Below are positions 36,677 through 48,760 of a stretch of DNA of 64,000 bases, piece by piece. Within the stretch, counting starts at the first letter, position 1. Each line of letters begins with the position of its first letter. The stretch comes from Isurus oxyrinchus (taxonomy: Eukaryota): positions 4,216,001 through 4,280,000 of the forward strand of contig JANJGN010000041.1 in NCBI GenBank assembly GCA_026770705.1, in the 5' to 3' direction. The notes beneath the pieces were generated by a model. The model searched no databases. It saw only the letters and a program-made list of their open reading frames with translations, and was not told where the DNA came from. Position numbers and translations under genes: made by a program.

Positions 36677-37269
36677 AATTCTTTTTGTTAAATATTTGGA
36701 TATTCAAGAGTGAATTCAAAATATACGTTCTCTGCTGGAACCAGTATTCACCGAAATAATTTACATTTAAACATGCATTGTGAAGTTAATCTTTCTTGAG
36801 CTGGAAGAAAATAAACAGCAAGTGCCGTCATTTCAATCCACAAAGTATATTAGTATTCAAAATTTAGTGATCATGCAACATTTTCTTATCTTTACATCTA
36901 TTGACAAAGCTCAGAACTTTTATTTCCGTTTTCACTATTCCTTCTTGAAAATAAGGGTTCTCTATGCTGCAGTCCTTGTGAAGCGGGTGTAAACACAATG
37001 CTACAAGAGATGGAATTCCAGCTTTTTGACCCAGTGACAGTCAAGGAACGGTGATGTAGCTCCAAGTCAGCTTGGTGTGTGACCTGGAAAGGATTTTGTA
37101 ATTAAGAGGGTTCCAATGCCTCTTCTGCTCTTGTCCTTCTAGGCTTTCGTGGTCAAGTGCACAAAAGTAGGAAATTTGCCGACATTTGTTAAATGTCGAC
37201 AGCAGCAGCGATCATACCTAACAACAATGCTTAACCTCATGAATTGTAAGGGCTACTTGCAGGCAGAAC

Positions 37270-38730
37270 AGCGTATTCAGCATGAGAAAGACAGGTCCCA
37301 TTGATCCCCCTACCAAATAACGATAGCTCAGCTCTGAGGTCCTGTCACAGTCGCCTTGATTGGTGGTGGAAATATCTGCAACCCACTGGTCGACGGCTCT
37401 CCACCAATATCCTCATCGTCAATGTCTGTGGAGCGCAGTACACCAGTGCATATACATGGCTGAAGAATTTGGAGCCACATTCATCCTGAAGTGACGGGTG
37501 GATGAACCATCCTACCCTCCTCCTGCTGATGAGAAGCATAACAGATGCCGGTCGTTTACAATGTGATTCTCGGCCCTTGAAATTAAGGAATGAATGAAAG
37601 AATGATATGAGGCAGAGGCTATGGGTCCTTTTATCTAATGCCAAAGGTACGGGAGATCAGTGCTCCTCAATAAGCCTTCCTGTCGAACCTCATATCGTGC
37701 ATCTAAAATAATGGCACCTACGTGACAATGTGAGCATTTTCACAGGTTTGCCTATCCACAAAAAGAGACGACAAATCCAAACAATCTAATGACAGCCCCA
37801 TCTGCCGACACTTCATCATGATCAAAGTGATGAAAAGTTTCATCGACAATGCTTTCAATCGCCAGGTAATCGGCAGCAAACAGCTCACTGACGCTAACTT
37901 GTTGCATCATGCGAGCTCCAGCTCTCGGTTTGCTTTGGTCCAAGGTGTTCAAAAGTGCAGTACTCATGAGGTGAGGAGCGAGCGGCAGTGTTTTATAACA
38001 AGACAACATTTGTCACACAATGTATCAAGGAGGGCTATAAGAATTGTAGTCATTAAGAAAAACGGGCAACTTCGCCACTGCTTGGCATCTTTGCAGGTGA
38101 ATCATCTCAGCCCCATGACATCACTGCACAAGAGCCTGAGGGCAGTGTCCTCAGCTGAACCATTTTAAGTTGCTACATCAATGAACTTATCTACATTTTA
38201 AACAAAGAAGGAGGTTTGGTGTGGGGAGGAGGGGGTGGGGCAGTGCGAGGGGGTTGAATCGCTGATCACTGTTCAAAGTTCAGCACCATTCACGGCTCAA
38301 CAGATGTTGAGGAAATCCTTGCCCATGTGCATCAAGACCTGGGCAATAGCCGGACTTGTGCTGAAAATTGACAAGTAATATTCGCCTCACACAATCGCCA
38401 GGCGATGTGCACCTGCACCAAAAGGATACCCAACAACATACCCTTGAGCTTTATTGATTTTACCACATCTTAAGCCCCCATTTTCAAAATGTTTGGGCAA
38501 ACCATTGACAAGAAACTGTGACTAGGACGGCAGGACATAATCTGAAAATGCTGTGGTGCGCAACGCACCCACTGACTCTACAAACCCTTTCCTCCATCTG
38601 AAATGCACAAATCAGGAGTGTGATGGGAAACGCTACACCTGCCTAGATGCTGTATGGTCCAATAGAATTCAAGGATATTGACTTAATTCAGTACAAAGCA
38701 GACAGCTTGATTTGCAAACATTCCATAAAC
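37270..38730 (+). mobile_element. LINE family B RT fragment within the GPCR intron
   Basis: aaatccaaacaatctaatgacagcccc (SNxxNYxP-like), QLTDAN, cagtgtcctcagctgaaccatt (SVLxPTI), aaatgcacaaatcaggagtgtgatgg (KAQVRSVME-like). Confidence 0.75.
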
Positions 38731-39861
38731 TTAATGATTCAAGCTGTTTATCCTTATCTGAATCATTCCTATTACTGTTTTTAAAGTTCATATAAATCAG
38801 CAGCAAACATCTCAGCGAAATAATCTTATGTAAAAGATGAATTATCCATCCAATTTCTTGGTATTGCTCAATTACATTACTGCTTTCCTAAATACCATTT
38901 TGCAACACTTTCAGCGTGCACCATTTTTCATAGCCTTGAGAGCGTGGGCTACTTAAATGAAATCTCATGACATCACGTAGTATATGGGCAATGAGTATCC
39001 CCTCCTGGTGACCACCTCCCGTTATCCTGAGCGGATGAAACAATGATCATTAATGGCCGACGTTTTGGGGAGTGACAAGAAAAAAAAAGTGCTTTACGTC
39101 GGGGACCTCGATGTCTGTGAGCAAGAGAGGATCAGTAGCACCACTAATGGCCGAGCTGGCAGACTCATAACGATAAATGCTAGATTGGGTCTTTGGCAGG
39201 TGGTCATGGAAACCACTAGGTGCAAAAACGTAATTGAATTCGCTCTACACATGTTCATGTATCCATTCAGTGATTTATAGTGCAAACGAATTCTGCCTTC
39301 ATATTGGGGCTTCCATCCATCGTGTTGTGTGAGACAACCATTGTGATAAATGGGGTGGGTTTCATCTTGATCAAGAAATCAAAAGTGTGCATTCACGATG
39401 CACTGTGGACCATTAGCTGCAGCTGATTTGTGCACAACCATAATTTCTAACCCCATTGCTGTGGTAATAAGTATGTGATTTGAGAGGCATTAAGATCCGT
39501 TAAAAATTGGAAAATGGATCAAAACCATTAGCAAAGACTTCAAGTATTTCAGGCGGAATTTTGCAGAATGCGAATTTGCCTCTCTGGAGATTTTCACAGA
39601 TTGGTTTGCACTTATGATAATTATTCCTGAACCCCACCTGCTAAAAGACATTCCGTGAAGCATGAATAAGGTGTCAGTTGTGGATATCACGGAGTGAAAG
39701 ACATAGCAACATGAAGGTTTCTGTTAACTTTATGGTTAAACATACCTCCCTGCTTTGATGACTCCCAACAGTAAAGAAACAATTTCATGTTATCAGACCT
39801 GACGGTTGAGAAAAACGTGAACATTCATTTAAATGTGTAATGATTGTATTTAGGCTCTTAC

Positions 39862-39931
39862 CAGGAACACCAATAGCCGCGAGAACAGGATAGTAAATAG
39901 CTTCTATCTGGCGAAGAATCAGTTCTCCCAT
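39862..39931 (-). CDS. Exon 1 of the GPR139/GPR142-related GPCR (MGELILRQIEAIYYPVLAAIGVP)
   Basis: ATG at 39931 in good context (AAGATGG); 70 nt; donor G|GTAAGA at 39861. The phase-1 junction G+TT gives Val and joins in frame to exon 2, completing TM1 GVPVN; total 324 aa. Confidence 0.92.
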
Positions 39932-40254
39932 CTTTATGAGGAGATGCCTTTCCTGCAGAGATGGATGCACAAGACGGAATGAACGTGTCAGCTAAAACGT
40001 AGAAAACCTGTATTTAAAAAATTCACTTCAGGAAAGTAGGAGAAATACGTTAAAATCACAGGAGGTTCGGAAGGAGGTGCCACATTATTTAATCTGGAGC
40101 ACCAGGGTAAAACAGGCACGACAGCATTCGTAGCAGTGAACAGAAAAAAGCTGTTAGCTTTGGTTAACATGATGCACTTTAGTTAACTAATGGAACACCC
40201 GGCCGCTACGATCTAGAAAGATAAAGGCAGCATGAACATGGGAAAGCCACTAGC

Positions 40255-40490
40255 TGAACGTTCCACTCAAAGCCACTCATTGCCCTGGATCAGTACAGAA
40301 AAATATCGCCGTTCCTTCACTGTCTCTGTGTCAAATGAATGGAGCACCACCCTCCCCCACCCCGCTAACAATACGGTGAATGTAACTACACCACAAAGAC
40401 CGCAGCAGCTCACCACCCATTTCACAAGGCGAATTAGAGGAAGAAAAAAATGCTGGTATTGCCAGCCTTGCCTCATCCATCAATTGAAAG
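40255..40490 (+). mobile_element. LINE family B 3' tail fragment
   Basis: atatcgccgttccttcactgtc...gcagctcaccacc...gctggtattgccagc matches the tails at 25110 and 29125. Confidence 0.7.
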
Positions 40491-41879
40491 GACGGAAATT
40501 TATATTGTTAGTCCCAGAGCATTTTCATAAACGTACGTTGGAAAACAATGAGCTACAGCAAATTATATCCTCGCTGAGAAGCGCTAACTCCTGTAGAAGC
40601 AGACACACCGAGCCTGTTGGAAAACATGAAATGTGGCAATCAGAGAAGCTGTTATGTAGAAAGCAGATAAATCCCCATGAGCGCATTCATGTCCCCTAAA
40701 GAAATCAATTAGTTTCAGTCATTGAACAAACAGGTTACATCAGTCATTCTCCTTCTGAAAGGAACCGTTTCGAAGTGAAACGGCTAACATTGGAATGATG
40801 TGTGTGGTCTATACAATTAAAGGGTCTATATTTTAACAAGCAACGGGTTGATCCAATAGTGCATATTCACGGCGGGAAATGAATGACCCACAGAGGGATG
40901 TTGGGCATGAAATTGTTACTAATTTAGATCAAAATGATTCGTGGAAACTCAATCGGCCTGAACCACCAGGACAAGAAGTTGGAAAATTTCAGATGTTCAC
41001 CACTGATTTGTGCTTCGGGACACATTATATTTTCCAACAGGGCACATGACTGAAGTCTGTCTTTGTCATTTAATCTTCCAGAGGGAACTCATACGCTGCC
41101 CAGATCTTTCCGTGGATTCGTCTGGGAATGACATTTCTGTCAGTGACTTGACCTACATTCTGTGTCGTTGCACATAACTTTGCACCATTTTGCCTGGAAA
41201 TTATAAGCGCAACTGTAGGACCTGGAAGGTTGATTATGGTGGTGACCTGATGTGCAATAGAAAGTGTACAGAGAAGGCTTTTGTTTTCTCACCTGATATA
41301 TTTCAAAGTAAAGCGTTCAAGACAATCCGACCTGATTCACCCTCAGTACTGATTCCCCACGCCAAGCAATCCTCCTGCTCACCCACTCACATACTCCATC
41401 CAGAATGAACTGAATGAAAAACAATTGTTTGAATAAAATAATAGGATATCTAGAGTACGTCGCTGGAAGGGTATTCCACGCTAAACATTAAACTCTTGGC
41501 CCTTAAATTTCTTCTGCAGACCCTCATTAGCAGATGGATGCACTGATTATGATGAATCCGAATCGATGGCACCTCCGACTTTGGTGTGGGTTGCATTTCA
41601 AACAAGCACCAAAAACAGAATAGTTAAATTCAGTAGGTCATTCGGCCCCTTGAGCCTGTTCTGCAAATCGGAAGGCTCACGGTTTATCTGATCGGTGCCT
41701 CAGCCCCGCTGTCCTGTCTGTGTTCCCCCAACCAGCGCCGTACACCGGCCCCCTCCGCCATCTCTCTTGCAACACACACTTATATCCTCATGACCCTATT
41801 CTCCCTGATTGGTCAATAAGCTATCCAACTCAGCCTTCAATATGCGACAGCCCTAAACAGATGATCAGTGTCATTTGCT

Positions 41880-42560
41880 CTTTGGTGATGGCGTCATAAT
41901 CAGAACGATGCAAAATGGCTCGTTTGTGTGAACCTATTTCCTGTTTACTTGTGGCGCTGAATAAGGCTTTTTAATGGCTCCAGCACTGTTTGTCATATTT
42001 GTGTCGGTCATTCTCCAAGCATGCGCTCAAGCAGGATTACAGATATATTTCAGGACCACACGCAGCTTTTTTAAAGAGCAAAGATTAAACCCTTGCACAG
42101 AGGTTACTGGAGAGATACAGAGGGAAGTCTTATTCGTGGACCAATGCACACTTATAGCTCAGGATCCAGTGATATTCAGGTGCGTGCTGAGCGCTTCGCT
42201 GCAAAGCCAGAATGTTTTCGATTGACAATATATTTGAGGATACAGATGCTGTATCAAACCATTGCTGGTCATGTGCTCCAAGATACCGCAGCTGCTTTGA
42301 ACAATGCACTGCTCTGCTCAGTGCGGAATGTTTGCGAACTTGGCAGCATACAGTCCAAGGGCACAACCTGGATGGGCAAATTACCACCGCCTGACAAAAA
42401 CAAGCTCGGCACTTGGCAGGCTTCACTCACTGATTTCGGCAAAGAAAACCTGGGTTTTCCCTCAGATGGAAGGTCAAGGCCTGCCTGGCAGTGCTTTTTA
42501 TATCTTTTCTATATCAGTGCGAGACTTGCACAACTTTTCGGCCTCATAGAAAGCTAAAGA
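41880..42560 (+). mobile_element. RTE-clade LINE RT fragment
   Basis: MAPALFVIF..IYFRT..FFKEQRL..TEV...REVLFVDQCTLIA..RFAA...FRLTI matches RTE APTLF..LFNLxRLxxxTKV..RELLFADDCALxA..FGLTI. Confidence 0.8.
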
Positions 42561-44009
42561 AAACTTTCCAACTTCACTGCCCATGAACCATTTCCAAAGG
42601 TTGTTGGCAGGACAAAATCCGCAAAACCGATAACCTTACAAAGTGCAGCATTCTTGATATTGAAAATATATTCAATAGAACCCCAGTTCCCTGGGTAGGT
42701 CTTGTGGTTTATCTGGATAATGCCTACGTACCAAAACCCACGCTCAGTCAGCACGGGAAGCTCCACTACAGGATGTCTGAAATCTCAAAGCCAAACTCAG
42801 AGATTGCAAGCTGGATCCCAGTACATGGGGTCCTGAGGCCACCTTGTTAAAAGCAATGTGTTGTGCGTGCACCATATGCAGCATACACCCGGTGCACCGG
42901 AATGCTGCTACTAAAATATGGGCTTCACAGGCCTTCTTCAGGCGAAACGCCCAATCGGGATGGAGGATTGAGGTCCTGGGAAAGGCTGTGTTGGCCCCCA
43001 GTCAAAGTCGTGCACAAATGCCGCAGGTATGTGGTGGACATCGGGTACATGTTTCGATAAAGGGGTGCCTTTCCATACCTGCCTCTGCCACGAAGCATTT
43101 CTCGTTGAAAGGGTGGCCAAAGAGAAAGGTGCCAGGCTACTCTCCAGGTCTCCCTAAAGCACGGGGGCTTTAACACCGGGAAGCGGGAGGAGAATGTTGC
43201 CGGACTTTTAGCCTGGCACAATGCGGTCCATCAAATCGAAAACTGCTTCAAGACTCAGCGACTCAAAGGAGTGGTGGAAAGGCCGAGGCACAGCAAGTAA
43301 AAGTGAACCAACCTGGACCTTTGATTTCCACTCGTGAGTGCTAAAATCCTCTCCAATGGCGGATGGACATGTAGGTCCAGAATTGGAATCCTGGGTCATC
43401 TGAAATCACACTGAGCCGTAAGGACTTCATTGTAGGTACTGAGGGAATGCTACTGACGTCAATCAGTAGAAATATACAATTTCAGGAAGGTAGGGCACCT
43501 CCATATTTTCAATGGCAATTTGGATCGTGCAATAACTTGTGGCCTATCTAACCATATCCCCGCCACATGAAACGATACATTTGAAAACATGATTATGAAC
43601 AAAATAACAAACATTTGGCATAACCAAATAGAGGAATCATCCAATGATTTCAGCATTTGTGGAGAACAGGGTGAAGCACATTAAGGACAAGGAATCACGG
43701 GCAAAGATAATTTATTCTGCCTGAACAGACGGTTTGTGCAGAATTTGCCAATCGATTGTGCAAGTATAGACCTGATCTAATCACACTGACACTATTTTTT
43801 GCAGCGCTCTCACATGTTGAAGGACCGGGAAAATTAATCATCAAGATAGTTAGACAGACAGACCAACAGACAGATAGACAGGCAAAACAGGTGCACAGAA
43901 AGACACATTCAAATGGATAGATTGATTTGAAGAGAGAGTTGTACGTGAGAGAGAGAGCGAGAGAGTGCGTTTGACAAATGGATCAAGCGAATGAAAGAAC
44001 ATGAGAATG

Positions 44010-44509
44010 NNNNNNNNNNNNNNNNNNNNNNNNNNNNNNNNNNNNNNNNNNNNNNNNNNNNNNNNNNNNNNNNNNNNNNNNNNNNNNNNNNNNNNNNNNN
44101 NNNNNNNNNNNNNNNNNNNNNNNNNNNNNNNNNNNNNNNNNNNNNNNNNNNNNNNNNNNNNNNNNNNNNNNNNNNNNNNNNNNNNNNNNNNNNNNNNNNN
44201 NNNNNNNNNNNNNNNNNNNNNNNNNNNNNNNNNNNNNNNNNNNNNNNNNNNNNNNNNNNNNNNNNNNNNNNNNNNNNNNNNNNNNNNNNNNNNNNNNNNN
44301 NNNNNNNNNNNNNNNNNNNNNNNNNNNNNNNNNNNNNNNNNNNNNNNNNNNNNNNNNNNNNNNNNNNNNNNNNNNNNNNNNNNNNNNNNNNNNNNNNNNN
44401 NNNNNNNNNNNNNNNNNNNNNNNNNNNNNNNNNNNNNNNNNNNNNNNNNNNNNNNNNNNNNNNNNNNNNNNNNNNNGATAGATCGATAGATAGATAGATC
44501 GATAGATCC

Positions 44510-44542
<33 letters not shown>

Positions 44543-44817
44543 CAGGCAGTATAGATAGATAGATACATAGATAGATATATATATAGNNNNNNNNNNNNNN
44601 NNNNNNNNNNNNNNNNNNNNNNNNNNNNNNNNNNNNNNNNNNNNNNNNNNNNNNNNNNNNNNNNNNNNNNNNNNNNNNNNNNNNNNNNNNNNNNNNNNNN
44701 NNNNNNNNNNNNNNNNNNNNNNNNNNNNNNNNNNNNNNNNNNNNNNNNNNNNNNNNNNNNNNNNNNNNNNNNNNNNNNNNNNNNNNNNNNNNNNNNNNNN
44801 NNNNNNNNNNNNNNNNN
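44010..44817. other. Two assembly gaps (N 44010-44476 and 44587-44817) around a (GATA)n microsatellite
   Basis: N runs seen directly; GATA repeat at 44477-44586. Confidence 0.98.
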
Positions 44818-45105
44818 GATGCCGGAAATCCAAAACAACTTTCCCTGGAAAAACTCAGCAGGTCGTACAGCATTTGCGGAGAGAAAAACAATTAACGTTC
44901 CGAGCTTGTATGACTCTTCCACAGAAAGAAGGAATACTAGAAAAGAGGTGAAACATAAGCTGGTTTAAGTGAGGGCGTGGGAAAAGTAGAGCAGGACAGA
45001 AGCCCAGTGATCACTATCAAACGGACTCGAAACGTTAACTGTGTTCCTCTCCACAGATACCCCCAGACCTGCTGAGTGTTTTCCAGGTATTTTAGTTTTT
45101 GTTTT
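44818..45105 (-). mobile_element. Short Penelope 3' end with an inverted pseudo-LTR copy
   Basis: 44818-44925 is the reverse complement of the motif at 45022-45105 (gactcgaaacgttaac..ctctccacagat..gacctgctgagt..ttccag); both match the tail at 23905-24035. Confidence 0.8.
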
Positions 45106-45879
45106 AGTTACATAGATGGATGGATGGATAGATAGAAAGATGTGGAATTGACGGGCTGAAATACAAGTGCTTCTTGCAACCAATATCCGCTGTCGGATCA
45201 TTGATAAAGGCAACAGTGAAGCAGAAAGGGGTGATTGTGAATGAAAAACAAACATAGAAACACAACGTATTTACACATGCGAGATGCAAGTATAGCACAC
45301 CAATAAAACTGGGAATTTCATCTAACAAATCCCCCATAACATCAGATCGGATATGACTTCCAGGAACTCTGTCAAAGCCATTCACTTCGGGTAGCAAATA
45401 ATAAAATTTGAAGGATAACACGTTACTTGCGACAGGAACAAAAGCATCACAAATTTACCGGGAAGAGAAAAAAATGGGAAAAATAAGTCCAAATTGATTC
45501 ACCAGACCCGGAGCCAAGGGTACATTTTCCCTCTTCCTGGCATAAAACCCTCAGCTCTTTGCTGCATCAAATATGTAAACTGATAATCGAACTGGACAAC
45601 ACATTCAGTCACATAAATGTGTCTAAATACCATTATCAAAAATCCCTCGTGACAATCGCAAAAATAAAGTGAACAATCTTTCCAATGAGGAAGATGGATG
45701 GTAACAGGGGGAACAATCATCCATGTATAAGCTAGGAGGTTAAAGGTGACACAAATTCCAAATCTAAGGCATACCAAATGCAAGGGTCTGTGACAAGCTG
45801 GAAGATTGGGAACGTTTTAAAGATGAACAAAGGGTTACTAAAAATCATAAAAGACCAAAGGAAAATTAGCGCCTCAAGT

Positions 45880-46518
45880 GAAGCGCCAGATGATAGAGCC
45901 AATCTGACCAGTGCTGTTTTAGGTTCAAAGCGAGGTAACAGGCCAATATCAATGTGTGGCGGTCCATAAAGAGATGGACAGTACAACTAAATGTGGATAA
46001 TCTGGGCTAGGCCAAGATCCAAAAGGGTTTTTTTTTAGGAGAAATTCAACAAGAATGTATTGAAACTGAATGAATGACTTAACATCTCCATGCAGCCCGT
46101 GCTAACAAGTACATTAACAGTTAAAGTTACCCGCTGAGCCTTGCACAGCCTTAGCGTCTGTAAACAACAGAAAGGCCTTGAGAGCCTGACTGGAGACAGA
46201 GGATGACAACAACATAGGTTAAGTGCTCTTTTCAAGCGACTAGGGAAGGGCAGTTGGTCCCAGCCAGGATAGGCGGTGACGTCTCTGCCGGGGTGAAAGA
46301 GCATCTAAGATATAATATCATTTCCGCCAAGAAGGGGATTTCAATATTGTTATTTTACGGGATCAGTGATATATAAAATAGGCTGCCTGCTTGCAGTTTC
46401 ACCGTGTGCTATCTCATCATTCCTTGAGATGGTTCTCTCCTTGCAATTGCTTGAATAAACAATCGTGACCTGTATCTGAGCCTCCTGTCATCCGTTGGTC
46501 AAAGTTAGCACAGCAACA
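45880..46518 (+). mobile_element. Possible solo LTR (U3-R-U5-like); 5' boundary uncertain
   Basis: CCAAT boxes at ~45899 and ~45943, TATAAAA 46372-46378, AATAAA 46454-46459, ending in CAACA at 46518. Confidence 0.35.
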
Positions 46519-47519
46519 GCCCAGCGTGTTTATACATTGCAACGGGCGAAGTTAGGAGAATCAGGAGTTGGCGGTCTGTATATTGTCCACACACACGGGC
46601 AGTGAGCAATTGGATCCTATCCTGTGAAGATTCATTAATTACAGATCCTAGCACCTTGTTCAATACAGTCAGACAGGACGGCAACTGCCTAAAAAAGACA
46701 GATCCGTGTTGCAAGCAAATATTAAACAAATTGACAAAGTGCTCCAAATATCCATAGGAACCAGAACTCATCTGGTCAACATGCAAAGCATTATAGAAAT
46801 GTTGCATTCCGGCTCTCCGTTAACATTTTACCCTATCCTGTAAAAATGAGTTCACTTTAGTCTCCAGCTAATTCCCACACTGGGGTACATTGAAATATGT
46901 AATTCGTATTGATTTTGGCACAACAGGTCATTCGGCCCACCTAGCCCATGTAACCTGTAGGACGTGTGAGATTATTTCTGTCAAGGGTCTGGGAAGAGGG
47001 AATGAATAGAGGTGTGGGTTGGAAAATAAAAGAGGAAAGGTTTCAGAAGGACAAGAGGCACCAGTTTGGGGAAAAAAAATGATTTCTTTCGCTGAGGTTT
47101 GGTGGAGTTTGGGAGTATCCATAGGGGATAGAGTGGATGAGGAGGCTGTATCTCTGCGTGAATACGTCACTGGGCCTAGTGACAGAGAAAGTGACCCGAT
47201 GACAAAAAATGTTTCTGATGCTGAACACAGTGCCAGGAAATTCCACCAGGGAAGTTTTAGAGTCACCTGACTGCAAATTCATCAACAACACTGCCGTTGT
47301 ACCTAAATAATGTGGACTTCAGTGTTCAGCAAGGCGGCTGACCACCAGGTTCTCATGGGTAAATAGGGATGGATAATAAAATATAATGGGCGACCCAGCG
47401 TCACTCATATCCCCTGAATGACTGAACGACCATAGCCTCGTTAAAATGATCACAGATTTGTGTTCCTATATTTATCTGTGTATATTTATTCCGCTCAGTG
47501 AACGACTATATGTAAGTAG

Positions 47520-47880
47520 CACATTAAAAGAAAGAGAAAGAGAGACAATGAGATATACTGAGGAACGAAAATGGAGGATAAGTTGGAACAAGCAGAGTAA
47601 AATAAATGGTGGTTCACAAACAGAGCGAGACGGAGCAAAGGAGAATCATCGAATAAAAGAGAGCAAGAAAGTGAATAAAGGAAGAGGGTGAGAGCGCAGA
47701 GAGGGAGATGCAGAGTGAGAGAGTGGGATAGGGAGAGGAAGTAGAGAGGAAGAGAGACTGAGCTAGAAGGAGATAGGGAGAAAAAAGGACAGCGACAGAA
47801 AGAGCGAGAAAGAGAGACAGAGGGAGAGAGAAAGAGTTGAGGGGCAGGTGGTGGGCGTGGGCTGAGGATGGGATGGTTGG
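47520..47880. repeat. Purine-rich (GA) low-complexity tract
   Basis: Long stretch of AG/GA/GGA repeats. Confidence 0.8.
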
Positions 47881-48189
47881 TGGGGAGCAACACCGGGTCA
47901 TGACAAATAAATACTGGCCCTGAAAAATATCCTGCCTGTCGCTGAATTGTTGAAAGGAACAATCACACCATAAAAGTGCCTGGCAATGAATGTCTACAGC
48001 AAGAGACAGTCTGACCATTGCTCCTTGACAACCAATGGCAACACCATTGCTGTATCCCCCCACTATCATCTTCCAGGAGGCCAGCATTGACGAGAAAGTG
48101 ATCTGGACCAGTCACATAGGTACTGTGGCTGCAAAAGCAGGTCAGATGCCAGGAATTGCCTGGGCGGTTACGCACTTCCTGCACCACCG

Positions 48190-48226
<37 letters not shown>

Positions 48227-48760
48227 ACCAAACCCCCCCCACACCCCCCACAAATGCTGTCGACTATCTATAAGGCTGAAGTCAGGAGTTTGACGGAACA
48301 CTCTCCACTTTCAAGGATGAACGCAAATCCAAAAACACTCCAGAAACTCGTCACCATCCAGGGCAAAGCAGCCTGCTTGATTATCATGCCAAACCAATCA
48401 TTCAATCCCTCCAGCACCGAGGCACAACAGCAACAGTGTGTACCATCTATAAGATTCTCTGCATCAGATCAACAAGATCACTTCGACTGCACCTTCCAAG
48501 CTCATGGCCACTGCCCTCTCGAATGTCAAGGTCAGCAGATAAATGTGAACAAGACAATCTTCAATCCCCTCGACAAGCCACAGACCATCTCAACTTGGAA
48601 AGTCATCAGTGTTCCTTAAACTTCGCTGGGTCAGTATCCTTTGGTATGACAATCACCTCCATCCACCACCCTCTAAAAACACTGTGGGTGTAGGTATACC
48701 ACAGGGACCGCAACTGTTCGAAAGTCAGCTCACCACCACCTCCACAAGTGCATAGGTATG
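47880..48760 (+). mobile_element. LINE family B 3' fragment with internal poly-C tract (48190-48250)
   Basis: LSTIYKAEVRSLTEHSPL and KTLQKLVTIQGKAACLI; tail cagctcaccaccacctcc. Confidence 0.85.

Noticed and set aside
42840-43180. Possible DIRS-type RT motif (GWRIEVLGKAVLAPSQ)
   Set aside because: One short, imperfectly spaced motif with no YLDD or other supporting motif; region left unassigned.
43850-44922. Long ORFs of 300+ aa
   Set aside because: Artefacts of N gaps and GATA repeats.
47963-48619. Poly-Pro/poly-Gly ORFs
   Set aside because: Poly-C tract inside a decayed LINE fragment.
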